Below are positions 1-14,200 of a DNA stretch of 57,984 bases, one piece after another. The stretch comes from Phoronis australis (Eukaryota; Animalia; Phoronida). Location of the stretch: the NCBI GenBank assembly GCA_002633005.1, contig NMRA01000765.1, forward strand, positions 101,257 through 159,240, read 5' to 3'. The stretch's first letter is position 1. Each line of letters starts with the position of its first letter. Under the pieces are notes generated by a model that had not been told where the DNA came from, searched no databases, and saw only the letters and a list, made by a program, of their open reading frames with translations. The translations under genes were made by a program, and so were the position numbers.

Positions 1-619
1 CTTGACTAGAAGTTTAGTTTCCACTGAACTTTGGCTGATTTGTTCGTGATGTCTGATCAGTTTCCGAGCCACTGGCCGGGATAACGAGTCAACCTGAATC
101 CGGCCGGCGCCTGATCGGGCTCCGAGCCACTGGCCAGGATAACAAGCGTTTTGTGTTTAGAACTCAGAAAATCACAAGTCTAAACAATGCAGATCTAGGT
201 TCTCCTGTCTGTATCTCACGGAAAATACTTCGAAATTATCTCCGAACACACCGCAAACTCCTGCTACGGACAGTTATTGGCCTGCGGATTTTTGTAGGCT
301 ATGGTATGTCCAAATACCAATAAATCCGTAAGAACGAAATGAAACAACATGTTTTTGTAAGAACTCGGTATATTTTTAAGGGTTTTACATCGAAGTTTGA
401 TGATTTATTGGTGCTAAACGATGATTCCAAGTGATAAGCTGACATCAGTAACCCGTGTTGTGAACTGCTGAACAGAATGCGTGTGAAACCGATGACGTAA
501 TTGGATAATTTCAACACCTCCGTCTGCCGTCAGGTAACGTAAGCTCAAGTGTCGTTATGGAGTAGAACTACTCGATCTAAATTGATACAAATTAGGTTGT
601 TTTTTGGGTGGCATGCTCT
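1..619 (-). mobile_element. Kolobok-type non-autonomous DNA transposon end (same family as 37840-39556, opposite orientation, cut by window edge)
   Basis: Reverse complement of about 37840-38480; ends gggtggcatgctct followed by TTAA (620-623). Confidence 0.8.
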
Positions 620-1972
620 TTAAAGCCTTTTTTTGCTACACCGTATATATTTCGAATTTGAAGTTCTTCCAGAATGAAGATAAGGTTTGTTAGACATATG
701 TGACAAATTGTGAAAACGGACAATTTTTGTGAAGAAGGTTTAAGGCATCGTTAATTGCCTGCGATAATAATACAGCAAAAATACTTAGTTCCCATGCATG
801 GGAACTACACATGAAATCTCATGACTATCCCTCTCTCTCTCTGAAGGGTGTGTGTTCCTTTTGCATCTGTTAAACTTTTGATGAGCACATTGTACTTTTT
901 TGCTTCCACAATTAGCTGAGTGAATTTTGCACCAAGATAGTCACATAAAGCATACTTCGTTGACAAATAGAACGCTAAAGTTCAAATTAATTTATCAACA
1001 CAATCTTGGAAATAGGCTGACTGAACTAGATGCACAAGTGGTGCACAGGGGGCAGTCTCGGTGATGGGAGTGGAATTTTCTATGATTCCGGATGGTGGGT
1101 GAATTTCCTCTCTAAAACTTCATATTTTTCAAAGCAAATGCAGAGATCTCATGACAATACCTTACATAATAATCCAAACATTAAAATGGCGCTCAACTTA
1201 AATCTGTTCTTAAAACTTTAAAATTATATCCAAACCAATAAATCAAAACTTGGGTTTATGGCAGCGGCTTTATAACAGAGTTGAAGCAGATGATTATAAC
1301 AATACGTCATAACTACAAAAGATTGATTATACATCCCTCTTGAGCTCACATTGCCATCTGAGAAATCTTTTTCTCCCAAGACCTGGAATGTGTTATGGCA
1401 CGAATGGTTAAAACACCGAGTAGGTAATTTTTTTGGTATTACATGATTGGGCAAATCACAAAGTAATGCAAAGTAGAAATCCGTTACACCCTACATTTTA
1501 TCATCTTTCAAAACACTAAAACAGTCACAAAATAACTTCTTAAACGGACCCATCTTTGGCAGCAAATTCAATATCCACATTCATTCAAATGGAGACGAGC
1601 CCCAGCTCAAGAGGCTGTCTAACTGTTCTGTCTCCAGCTCAATTCAGTGCTCAGGCACGGGGAAGCTTTGCTGACTGTTACTTATAAACATTTTTTAAAG
1701 TTTTGACATTACAACTTCAAAAACTATTTATTAGATTCTCTCTAAGTTGAATATTTGCTACGAAAGCTGACTGCAATTTAGAATTCTTTAGCTCAAAATA
1801 AAACTATTAACAAAAAGTAACTGAATTACTTTACATTGCGTAAGCATGTTTTTACAAATTTAAAGTTACGTCACGTGGTTGAAAGCTTTAGACACGTAGA
1901 GTTTTTCGGCAAAAAGGATGATCGTTCTTACAGTTCATGTGAGATAACAAATATTACACTCGTCTCAGACTG

Positions 1973-2066
1973 ATGACAAGGACAAAACCTGTTGGAAATT
2001 TTGTCAAAATCCCTCGCCAAGGCTTGGGATTTTGACAAAAATTCCAAGAGGTTTTGCCCATGTCAT
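1973..2066. repeat. Near-perfect ~94-bp palindrome (terminal hairpin of a non-autonomous element)
   Basis: atgacaaggacaaaacctgttggaaattttgtcaaaatccc / gggattttgacaaaaattccaagaggttttgcccatgtcat arms with a short GC loop. Confidence 0.8.
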
Positions 2067-2141
2067 ATAGGATTCTCTGTCTATTCACTTCTCATCAACA
2101 CATCATCAGTATGAGGTATTTATTAAACATCAAAAAATTAC

Positions 2142-2246
2142 CTGTCAGATGCATGCCACCACATACCAGCGGGTAGTTAGTAATGTCTGTCCATTTCATC
2201 ATTGGCATCTTATTTCTGTTTGACATGAACATAGGAAATATTATAC
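2142..2246 (-). CDS. PKHD1L1: PKHD1L1-like exon (GIIFPMFMSNRNKMPMMKWTDITNYPLVCGGMHLTG)
   Basis: gttttcag|...G|gtaatt; 105 nt; aligns by recall to the GI-x-x-P-x-F-x-S-x-x-N-x-x-P...Y...G segment. The gene should continue left of the window. Confidence 0.83.
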
Positions 2247-5200
2247 CTGAAAACAAAAAGTATGCTTCATATTGCATGCCCACACTTATCGATAAATCAA
2301 GGCTCGGTACAAAGGAAATAAATCACATATTAACCAACATCCATTTTAAACTACTGCATCTATTTGAGTATAGGCTGGCCCATGGTGTTGTTATTGGGGA
2401 TCTACAAAACAGGGGTGGATTTATATTTATTTTATCCCATCAGTTTGCATAGTACATTCATGTGTAAGCCAATGGGTTTGTTTAACAGTATTGAGAGTTT
2501 GACCATGGTCTTCAAAACGGTTTGGGCAAATGTCACATGTGTTGACAGTTTTGTACTAGAAAGGGCAAAGTGATAAAAAAGGTTGATTTGACAAAGGAGG
2601 AGAGTTAAGAGAGGGAGAGCATTATGCAACTGTACCGTACAGTGGTATCTTGTAGTTGGAGGCTTTTCTATATCATCTAGGAGAACTGGTTTTGATGTCC
2701 ATATTTGATATAATTATGAAAGCAGACATAGACTGCTATTGTGTTGAATAGAGCAATTATTGCATTTCTGATGTCTTCAAGGCTATAAAATGCGGACTGA
2801 CATAAATTGAAATGCCATGCAACGACAAAAACTGGACATTTTTAACATCCTCATTTTCTGAAATTGATTTCTTGTGAAAAATGCACTATCCTTCCTTCAC
2901 AGCAGAAATTGGTCCAAACATTGTAATTAGTTCTTGTTGTCAACAGTTTTGAGTCCATGTTTATTCATTCATCCAGTGTGCTAGGTGTTTGCTTCATGAC
3001 ATTGGACAAAAGACAGAGCCTGGCGATTAACAAAAGAAAGATTAACATCATGCTTCTGGAATATGAACTAAATGACAGTTAATTGTAATCATGGCTTTTA
3101 CCCAACTAGGTGGGCGCTAAAAGCCAGAAGGTGTGGTTTAACTTGCCCTAGAATAAGCCAAAACTAGGTATGAGCTAACACCTGCGGGCAGATTATGGCA
3201 AGATCTTTATGAACCACAGATGGCAAGCTTTGAGGGGTATATTACAAAAATCACAACTACATGATGCAGAATACATTGGGCCAATGTCACTGTCTAACAG
3301 AAAACTATTTACAGCATTTCATGCAAATTCCTTATTTCAAAAGACCGGATACAGATCGAGGTGTACATAAACAAGAGCAACGTGGAGCGTTGAAATGCAC
3401 CCATAAATGCATCACAAATGGTGTTTTTAGGGTTACTTATTTGTATCATAGAAATGGCCACTAAATGGCGCAAAAATGTACAATCCATCCAAATACGGGC
3501 ACATGACATATTTCATAAAATTGTATCAAGGAACTTCAGAGAAATAAAGGAAAACGGAACAAAATGAAATTGCCACGTGTGGGCACAGTGTCCGTTCGAT
3601 CCGCCTGAAAGTCGTCGTCTATTATGTTCATATTAATTCACTTACTAAATTTACCTACAGTGGGTTTTGGATATACGGCAATGGGCAAAAAACAAAACTA
3701 CCACTCGGAGGCACCACAGTAGCCAGTCACCATCATCAAACGTCCTTTTCACACTGAAAACATATACGCCAATTTTCAAAACCATCCCTAGAATGATTTG
3801 ATTGATCGATGGGTGGACACCAAAAACAAGATTCGAAAACACCAAAAATGGCCACTAGGTGGCGCAAAATACCTCGATTCCATCCCAAAACAGGAAGATG
3901 GCACCATCTCACTAATAGATGTCTACATTCAAATTTTTATGAAAATCTACTGAGGACCTTTGAAGATACAGGCTGGTAAACGTAAAAAAACTAAAATTGT
4001 CACTAAGGGGCACACCAGTACTCAGATCCGTCTGAAAGTCGTCGCCGTCTGTTGTCAACATCACATAAATACTCTTGCTAAATTAAGTAAAGATCCTGCA
4101 AACGGTTTAGAAGATACAGCTATGGGCGCAAATAAAAAACAAAACAGCCACTAGAAGGCACCAAAGTAGTCAAACTCATCGGAAAATCAGCCTCAGCCAT
4201 ACATGCCAATTTTTACACTGTTCCTGAAAGCAGTTAGTTTGATAGACGAGTGGACCCAAAAACTCGAAAACAGTAAAAATGGCCAATAGGTGGCGCAAAC
4301 TAGGTCGAATCCATCTGAAAACTGAACGATAGCGTCACCTCATTACAAGATCCCAGTATGCCCAATTTTATGAAAATAAGTTGAACGTACAGGGGTAAAC
4401 GTAGAAAAAAATTAAATTGCCACTAGGTGGCACACCAGTAGTTAGGTCTGTCGGAAAGTTGTCGTCGTCTGTTGTCAACATCATATAAATACAATTACTA
4501 AATTTAGTAAAGATCCTTCAAACGGTTTAGGAGATAGAGCCATAGGCGCAAAAAAACAAAACTGTCACTAGGAGGCGCCAAAGTAGTCACAATCATTGAA
4601 AAATCATCGTCAGCCGTCCACTTCATAGTAAGAACATACGTGCCAATTTTCACACTTTTCCTAAAAGCGGTTTGCTTGATAGACGAGTGTACACCAAAAA
4701 AACAGACTCGAAAACAGTAAAAATGGCCACTGGGTGGCGCAAACCACGTTAAATCCATCCGAACATGGTAGGACAGTGTCTTCTCACTAATAGGTGCCTA
4801 TATAATAAATTTTACGAAAAGTCATTTGGGACTTTTGCAGATACAGAGGCAAACATAAAAAACTAAAATTGCCACTAGGGGGCACACTGGTAGTTGGATT
4901 CGACCGGAAGTTCGCTCATGCCGTCCCATCCACGGAAGGAACACATTTGCAAAATTTAAAGAACATACGTCAAGGAGTTTTGGAGATAGAGCAGCGGACG
5001 CTGGACACTGGGCGGACGGACGGAGATGACGGCATAATGTGTCCACATAATATTATGTGGGCGCATAAAAATCACATTCCATAGGGTGGCAATTGGATCC
5101 GCCCTTCTGTTGTCTAGTTAATGACAAAACAACTGCAAAACTTTGCAACGGTCCTGTACAGCTGCTTAGGAAATACCGTCGCAAATGCAAAAAATACTAA

Positions 5201-8200
5201 TAGGGGCAACATAAAGGCTAGGACCATCTGAAAACCAACGTCATACTCTTGTCAGTGCAAACACATCGTTATTGTACACAACAGGCCTCGGGTCAACTGG
5301 AAATTAGGGCGTGTTACTAAGTTGCTAGTTGGTGGGGATAGTAATATTAGGGCAGTTAGTCTTAAGATTGGTGGTCAGGACACACAACTCCAGCTTTAAG
5401 TAAATTATATCCTCTTGAAACGCCACTTTAGACTGGCATTACATTTTTTCAGCATAAACAAAGAGACTGTATTAGGCAGGGCTTGGAATGACCAATGTCG
5501 AGAAAAGCGGAAATTTTTACAGCCCAAAACATGCGCGCACCCAGCCTTAAAATAGTCAATGTGGACCTTTTCCCGACAAAAATCAAGACTAAAAAAACGA
5601 AACCACCTCCAGAAGCGTGTCTCTGCGTCTTTTTAGCTCATCCGTCCACTCCCACCTCCACACATTTTTGGCTGCAGAGTCATAGTATTTGTCACCGCGG
5701 TTTACAATCACACGGGACGCCATTGAAGAAATCGACGACACTATCCCAGATGCCCCAGCAATGTTGACAATTTACGTTCCTCCGAAACATAAAGAGCAAC
5801 TTCCGCTTTTCGAGGTGAAAATCATCGGCGGTAAATAAGAAATTTGCCGCGGAGATTTTATATCAAATCCGATTTTTTTTACGCAGAAATATAATAAAAT
5901 ACACGGACAGGACATTTGAAAACAGCGGAAATCCGCGTTTCTGCGGAAAATTCCAAGAAGAAAACAAATGCAAAAACAGGACGGTTAAAGGTTAATCCAC
6001 AGATATAGATACAATGAAAGTAGAAGCTGAAGTTGCCACTAGGGGGCATAGCAGTAGTCAGATTTACTGGAGAGTCATGGTCAGCTGCAGTCACATTAAT
6101 ACAAAAACACTTGAAACATTACTTCACGAACATCCTGAAAGGGGTTAATGAGATACCCAGCCGTGCATGAAAAATATTGGCATTAGGGAGCGGCTCAGCA
6201 GTCCAACTCATCCACAACTGACAATTTTCATAATCCTTTGAGCAGTTTAGTAAATAAGGAGGAGGACATAAAATATTAGGTCGAAAACGACAAAAATGCC
6301 CACTAATTAATAGAATTAATGCAAAATACGACTAACAAGGCTGAAATTTCATGAAAATCCATAGACGAATGCCTATGGCGCTATGAATCTTACCAACAGC
6401 AGCTAATCCAGAATTGAAGTAGCCTGGAGCACGAGCTTGCATTGAATTTTGCATAGTCTTAATAGTGAGGTCTGGCTTATCAGTCTCGCAGTCATATGAA
6501 CTGGTCGTACCATACAGTGTTGACTTGGACACATTCACTATCATGCTCCCGCAGCCGGTCACACTCTCAGGATGGTAAACCAGTGTAAAAAGACCACCAC
6601 CATTTTCTGCCAGAACCAAATTTTGCACGACCAATGACGACGCCAACTACAATTAATGAGGTTAACAATTATGATGAACAATCACAGACAGATCTTGTAC
6701 TCTTTACTACTGGAATCCTGGATAAAAATAAGTCATTCGTGTCCAAGAGTTTAATCATACAATTGATCCATTCAGTATTTTTGACATGAGTATCCCCTTA
6801 CAGCATGTAATGATGAGTTAATACCACATTTAGTCTTCTAACAAAGTACTGTGTACCACATCTTAAAGATGCCTGGAATGCGATAAACAGTTTAAATTGC
6901 AATATTGAAAGTGATTCTCTGCCACTGAAACAGAATTTAAAACGCTCAACAGTTATTTTTGAAGTTTGTTCATAAAAATATTTAATTTCTGTTGAAACCA
7001 AAGCATTTTCTTCAGTCAACTGCTCGCAACTTCGTCGACTTTTCTCCCACAAGGTAAAGCACGTCTCCTTATTTGGTATGGTAAGACATAGACGTAACAC
7101 ATTTCCCTTACATGGAAAATGTGAACCTTGACCTCCAGAAACTTCAAGCAACTGACTGTGAGTGCATGCGCGCAGTTATCATAAGTTGGAGGGAGATTAG
7201 AAACTCTGTGGTAAGCACAGAGTTTTTCCATCGCGTGCATTTCAAAAAACGTGAATTTTGTGTTTTTTTGGAAATCCCCACCCAGGAGAAGGTGAATTAT
7301 TTTGCACTAGACGTTACGAGGAGGCACTTTCGTTAGGAATTGTTTGAAAAATATTTCACCGGCTTTCGTGTTCCATGCCTTTCTAAGATTATGTAGAATC
7401 TCACCAACTTGAAGGTGTATTTGGCTACATAATATCCACAAAACTATAGACTTTAACTCCATAAAATTGCATATTTTCTGAAAGTATGAAGAATGTAGAA
7501 CCTGATTTTTGACTTTATACCAACCTGCTTTTAAATGGATCATGCAAGCATATCTTTTTAGTAAAATGTACCAAAATGAGCAGTCAAGCAATGGCAAAAC
7601 AATGGCATAGGCAACACGATCACTTTGAAGATGTCAAAAATGCAGTTAGTTTTCTGAAATATTTTGGTTTCGTTTTATTCAGCTTTAGACTTTTTTCATA
7701 AAGTCCTGTCTTTGATAGCACCTCATGTAAAAGTGGAAACTCTTAAAACAATTCCTTACAGATATTTGGAGAACAGTTTCACGTGAATCCTACCAGCTGT
7801 CACCGAGATGCTATGATTCAATGTTTTCCAAATTTGGCCATTTTCAAGGTTTCTACATAGAGTTAAGTATAGTTCACACCTGGGATCTAATCAAAATCGA
7901 ACTCCAATTTATGTTTGGCATCTACCTTTCTCCTGTAATATGAATTTAAGATAATTATCTATAATTCTGACGTCTTCGAGTATATGATGAATTACACAAA
8001 CCACTGTGTACTTCAAATTTGCACTTGATGACCTCTTTGTACGAGCTACAAACTTCAATTACACAAACTTTAGATTTCGAGTCAAACTCAAAATTATAAG
8101 TTCATACTCGAGTTTAGGGCTTTCATACAAGGGTCACCAAGAGCAGAACAGAAGTACACAGTTATCCAGGTAAACCATGGCATACTCAAGCACTTCAAAT

Positions 8201-11200
8201 TTTGAATTCAAACCAAAGTAAAACGGAAAAAGTTAAAAATAACTTCGAGTTCGATTTTGCATAAAAAGATTAGTAACAAGAGCAACGCGGAGCGTTGAAA
8301 TGTGCCCACGAATGCATTGCAAATGGTGTGCTTTTAGGGTTATTTATTTGTATCATAAAAATGGCCACTAGATGGCGCAAAAATGTACAATCCATCCAAA
8401 AACGGGAACATGCCATATTCCATAAAAATCTGTCAAGGAACTTCAGAGAAACAAAATGAAAACAGAACAGAATGAAATTGCCACTAGTGGGCACAGCGTC
8501 CGTTCGATCCGCCAAAAAGTCGTCGTATGTTAACTTCATATAAATTCACTTTATGATACTAAATTTAATAAAGATCCTGTAGTGGGTTTTGGATATACAG
8601 CTATGGGCAAAAAACAAAACAAAACTACCACTAGGAGGAACCACAGTAGTCAGTGGTGATCATCAAAGCTCCTCTTTACACTAAAAACATATACGCCAAT
8701 TTTCAAAACCATTCCTAGAATGATTTAGTTGACCAAGGGGTAAACACCAAAAACAAGATTTGAAGACAGTAAAAATGGTCACTAGGTGGCGCAAAATATC
8801 TCGCTTCCATCCAAAAACAGAACAATAGTGTCATCTCACCAATAGATGCATATATTCAAAATTTTATGAAAAGCTGTTGAGGACCTTTGAAGATACAGAC
8901 TGGTACACGTAAAAAACTAAAATTGCCAATAGAGGACATACCAGTAGTCAGATCTGTCCGAAAATCTTCATCGTCTGTTGTCAACATCATACAAATACAC
9001 TTGCTAAATAAAGTTAAGATCCTGCAAACAGTTTCGGAAATACAGCCATGAGTGCAAAAAAACAAAACTACCACTAGGAGGTGCCGCAGTAGTCGAGCTC
9101 GTCGGAAAATCATCGTCCGCCATCCACTTCATAGTAAAAACACACATGCCCATGTTCATAATAATCCTGAAAGCGGTTTGATTGAGAGACGAGTGGACGC
9201 CAAAAAACTCAAAAACAGTAAAAATGGCCACTAGGTGGCGCAAACTAGATCAAATCCATCTGAAAACGAAAAGATAGCGTCACCTCAGTAACAGATGCCA
9301 GTATGCCAAATATTATGAAAATACATTGAGGACCTTAACACATACTGAGGCAAACATAAAAAAATAAAATTGCCACTAGGGGGCACACCAGTGGTCAGAT
9401 CTGTCTGAAAGTCGCCGTACCCCGTTGCTAACATCATAAAGATACACTTCATAAATTTAGTAAAGATCCTCAAAACAGTTTAGGAGATACAGCCATAGGC
9501 GCAAAAACAAAACAAAACTGCCACTAGGAGGCGCCACAGTAGTCGAAGTCGTCGGGAAATGATCTTCAACTGTCGTCTTCATAGTAAGAACTTGCAAGCC
9601 AATTTTCACAATCATACATAGAGCGGTTTGTTTTATAGAGAGGTGGATGCTAAAAACAGACTCCCTCGAAAGCAGTAAAAATGGCCAATAGGTGGTGCAA
9701 ACTACGCCGAATCCATCTGAAAATGCGAGGTTACCGTCGCCTCACTAATAGATGCCTATATACCAAATTTTGTGAAAATATGTTGAGGACCAGTTTGAAG
9801 ATACAGACTGAGGTAAATATAAAAACTAAAATTGCCACTAGGGGGCACGCCGGTAGTCAGATCCGTCCGAAAGTTAGCTCATGTCGTCCCATCCATGAAA
9901 GCAACATAGTGCAAAATTTCATGAACATATGTCAGTTGGTTTTGGAGATAGAGCGGCAGACGCCGGACCGACGCCGTCCGGACGGAGATGACATATGCAT
10001 AATGCGTCCACATATATGTGGGCCCATCAAAAGTAGTAGAGCTGCCTAGCCCCAGAGAAATTCTTTTTCACACTTTAATGATTAACTGACAAACAGTATC
10101 TGCACACAGTTAGTGATGTCGCTGGTGAGTATGCACATTGAAACCAGATATAAATGTCCACACTTGGCTACAAGTCCACTGTGCCACCTATTACAGGGCT
10201 CAGATATTGTATGGTGACATGGTAAAAATCCCAAGACATCACGAAACATTGGAGCACGCAACAAAGTACTTGAGGAAGTAACCAGATGGCAGTCGGAATT
10301 GTATGGCAATTATGATGCACATATAGGAGAAACAATGAGGAACATAATATGGCAACATTGTATGAAAGCTTTACGTTCACACTTGTAAAAATCCCATTTC
10401 TTGTCTGATTTTCAAAATTCAAAAGTCCAACCAGGAGAGCTTTTTCACGAACTATTGAAATATCTTATTAGGAACTTCTAGCCGTCGCCCCCAATGTGTT
10501 TGTGATGGGTCTGATTATCTAGAGAATGATAACATGAGTAGCTTGAGGCGATGTAACAATTACTGCATGTCGTCTTTGATTGTTGCAACACAGTCCAGGG
10601 TATGTAAACTGGTCCAGATGACCAGTCTCCAACGGTGAGGATGTCAGAGTCCCCCGTACCAGGTTTCCTCGTTTTTTCAATCATAGTTTCCATTTGGCGA
10701 TCTGGGCACTTTGTCAGGTGGCATTTTCAATGAGTATAAATGATTATGTAAAGCGCTAAGCCCTGCACTACTATTCTGAGGTGATCATAAACCATCTAGA
10801 GGCACTAGAATTTGTTTAGTTGCGTGCGACTATTAACTCTTGCTTTAAGCAACGGTCTTCCATTACCATCATCACACTGGTAGGTGTGCGCATTAAGAAA
10901 GCCAACTGCTTCTGAATCAGTCTTTTACGTCCTTTTATGCACCCAAGAATATAGTCGCGTTACAATATGACAGCAACACAGGACACGAAACAGTTGATGA
11001 TTCTTTGACGTTGTCTGGCATTGCTGTACGTTATCGAGAAAACACAGAAAAAACAATGAAAAAATAACCCAATGCTAACCATAAAAACGGACTGGCCTAA
11101 TGTACTCCATCTGCATCCAGTGTTGAAGAAACAAAAGAGTGGATTGTCTGGTGCCCTAATGCTAATAGTCAGATGAACACAGGCCACACAGGGAAACAAA

Positions 11201-14200
11201 GTACCAATTAGTGAAACTCACATGAACCCTCCTAATAAGGTTTCTGGAAGCATGCACAAAGCATTTACTCATTCTGTACCATTCTCCTGGAGTGTAAGAA
11301 TCCAGAAAATTAATGTAATCTAACCTATATCCACACTCCATTAAACTTGTCAAGAAAGCCCTTTGTGTTGGTGACCAAACTGTGGTCCAGCTGGTGGGAG
11401 CTTACAGTCACACAAAGGAATCAATTTGGTGGAAGTTAAGCCTAATTTCTTTGAAAGTCAACTGCTTTTCTTCATTCCCACGAAATTTTCTGGTGAAAGT
11501 ATTTCATAGTTTACATTAAACAAGTCTGCTTCATTATTTGTTGAAAGTTGTTTTCACCTTACAAATAGTATTCTTGAACAAAAGTTAGTGTCAGGCTCAC
11601 TGTTTACAACATAGTTGCTGGATTTCATGAGCTTATCAGATGAAAGCAGACAACACTGAGCTGGACTGTGTAAAGGTTGGTTTGACACTGTCAAACTGAT
11701 AAGGCCACCACTGATCCCGACTGGTCGATCAGTCAGTTGGGATACCAATTCTACAGTCCGGGTGGGTGCGTAAGGTGAAAGCCCAATACAAATCAGATCG
11801 GACATGAGGAATTTCTCTCTTACACTGGGCGTTGCTGAGATTTCCTTTGCCCTCAGACAACTTTTACAATGCCTATTCAGCATGCCATTTGTATTCAAGC
11901 TATATGAAGCAAAATGGAAATCGCCAAAACTATACTTTCCCTACAGGGTGGTTGTTATATAAATGGAAATATTATTGGTTTTCTCTGACATTTGCACAGA
12001 GTAACAACATGAAATGTCAAAAGTACCAGTTTGATGACATTTTAGATACAGCAAATGAACTGAAAATCGTAACTTAATTGGATTCATTTTGACAAAGGGC
12101 CATTGCTTAAACAACAGTTGGTTTTAAATGTTTCACTGTTTCTTTTTAATGCTACAGTCTACTTTAATTGTTGTGTTTCCTGCCGCGTTGCTATCTTTAG
12201 ATAAAACTTTAAAAGCTAAAACAGCTAGTAACTCTCGAGATTTTGATCATCAGTGAAACTTAAAGTCAGCTCTAACCCATCGACCCATCTCATTTATTGT
12301 TAAGTTTTTCTCACTGACTTTGAAGCTACAGGCATAGTTAGTCTTCACGACATGTGTTTCATCGTCAGCTGATTACTGAATATCACAGTTTTTTGGTTAG
12401 TGTGCTACTCCTGGAATAAACTAGTTCAACACGACTGATTGATAATTGCTGTTTTAGAATCTAATTTGGACAGCGTGTATTGTTTCTATTTGACTTAATG
12501 TAGTTCAATAATTTGTATACTAAAAGAAGAAATCACGTCGTCATTGTTAATCATGATCAACATTTGTAAATTTTACGAATATATCAGTACGCACGGTTGT
12601 TACCTTCAATCCGTAATCAATCATAGTTTTTAGCTTATTACTTGATTGATATTTACAATATATATATATATTATGGTGATTTTTCCAGTTTAATACTGCC
12701 GTAATGTTTACATTACAATGAAAATTATTGGTTTATGCATTTTGAAAATTTGCCAGTATGTACGTGCAGAGATAACAGTTTATGGCCAGGTAATTTTAAT
12801 TGGGTCTCGCTCCTACTGTGCAATGAGGTCATCACCACTCATGCATCCCACTCTGGTGCCACGATCTCTTTGATTCAGGTGAAAGCCACTCAGAAAAAGG
12901 TTGAGCGAGTTGCCGTGAAAATTTCTGCATATCTTCCGAAATACGGGTTTTCCTTGTGAGCGATTATTATTCATGGCATGGGCTGCATTTCTGAGATATG
13001 ATGTAAAAGGCTAGCTAAATTTGGATATTTTTCAACTGAAGATAAACTACATTTATTTATTAACCTAAACCACTAGGCTCTTCCTGAGGGAAATTTTTAA
13101 GTCTTCCAGTAACTTTCAAGGATTTTGAGTACAGGCTCTTCCATTAATTTTTGTTGCCATGCAATATATCGCATACGATGGTGCCATCTAAGTTTGGCTA
13201 TAGTACTTAGACAAGTGAGAAGCTGGGCAAGACTCTACGCTCTTAGGTGCTTCAAAACTAATATCACACTTAGGCCACAATGGGCTACTCATAGCCTAGG
13301 GCCTGTGACGTGCTAGTGTCTCGCTAGGTACTTGCCAGTGACCTTTTAGAATTTACCAAATAACCAAGATTTGTTTTTTTCAACTTTTTGATTTGATCAT
13401 ATACTTACCTCCGACTTAGTGAATATATGATCAACATGACATTTATTGATTCAAACTGTTACTCAGAAATTTGCAAACAAACTTGAAACCAAGTACGAGT
13501 TTACACTCAGACCGCACTCTCACGGGAGAGGCTGAAAACACACAGAAAGTGGTTAAATGGTGAAATGTGATATTTACCTGAAAGTACACCCCATAGTCAA
13601 ATGCTCTGTACACAAAAAAATTTGACAGCTTGATGCATGTTGCAAACAGGTTGCTAAACGGGAACACGGCAACCCCCGTCATCAGAGAATGCGCCACATT
13701 GCCTTCAAAGGTAGTATTTTTGTCGCACTCCTCTAGGCGAACGTGGTAACCGATGCGCTCTGCTCCAGCAACCACATTATATCTCAGCCTAAGATTTTTA
13801 GTGGCCATGGCTTCAATGACAGCATCAAACTCAAGGTTGGATTCCTCATAACGACCGTTAAAACCTCCCTGCCACCTGTCGCCCATCATCAGGTTGTTGC
13901 TGATGACGATGTTTACTCCCTCTACACGGATTGCTGCAACAAACAAACATACAAAATCCTGAAACAACAACAGCTGCTGTACCTGCAGGAAACACACGCG
14001 ACAACCACGAACAGGGGGAGCAGTTACACCATCCAAAATAAGGACAAGGGGGGCATTTAGACCATCTAAACTGAGGACAGGAACGGCATGAGAAAAAGAT
14101 GCATTGATGACAATCAGTGACGCTACGCTGAATCATACCATGGAGCCAAGTATGAAATCATCCTGGGCATTCTGACCTCAGCTACTCAGGAATCAATGTG

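Noticed and set aside
3450-9850. Regularly spaced conserved short motifs resembling a CRISPR array
   Set aside because: The spacers are homologous to each other, about 130 bp long, and lie in a spliceosomal intron; no cas genes. It is a tandem repeat inside a transposon.
10080-11900. Possible degraded coding relic (SWIM-like KCFVHAS...VHV segment near 11200-11350)
   Set aside because: Motifs too weak and fragmented to assign without a profile search.
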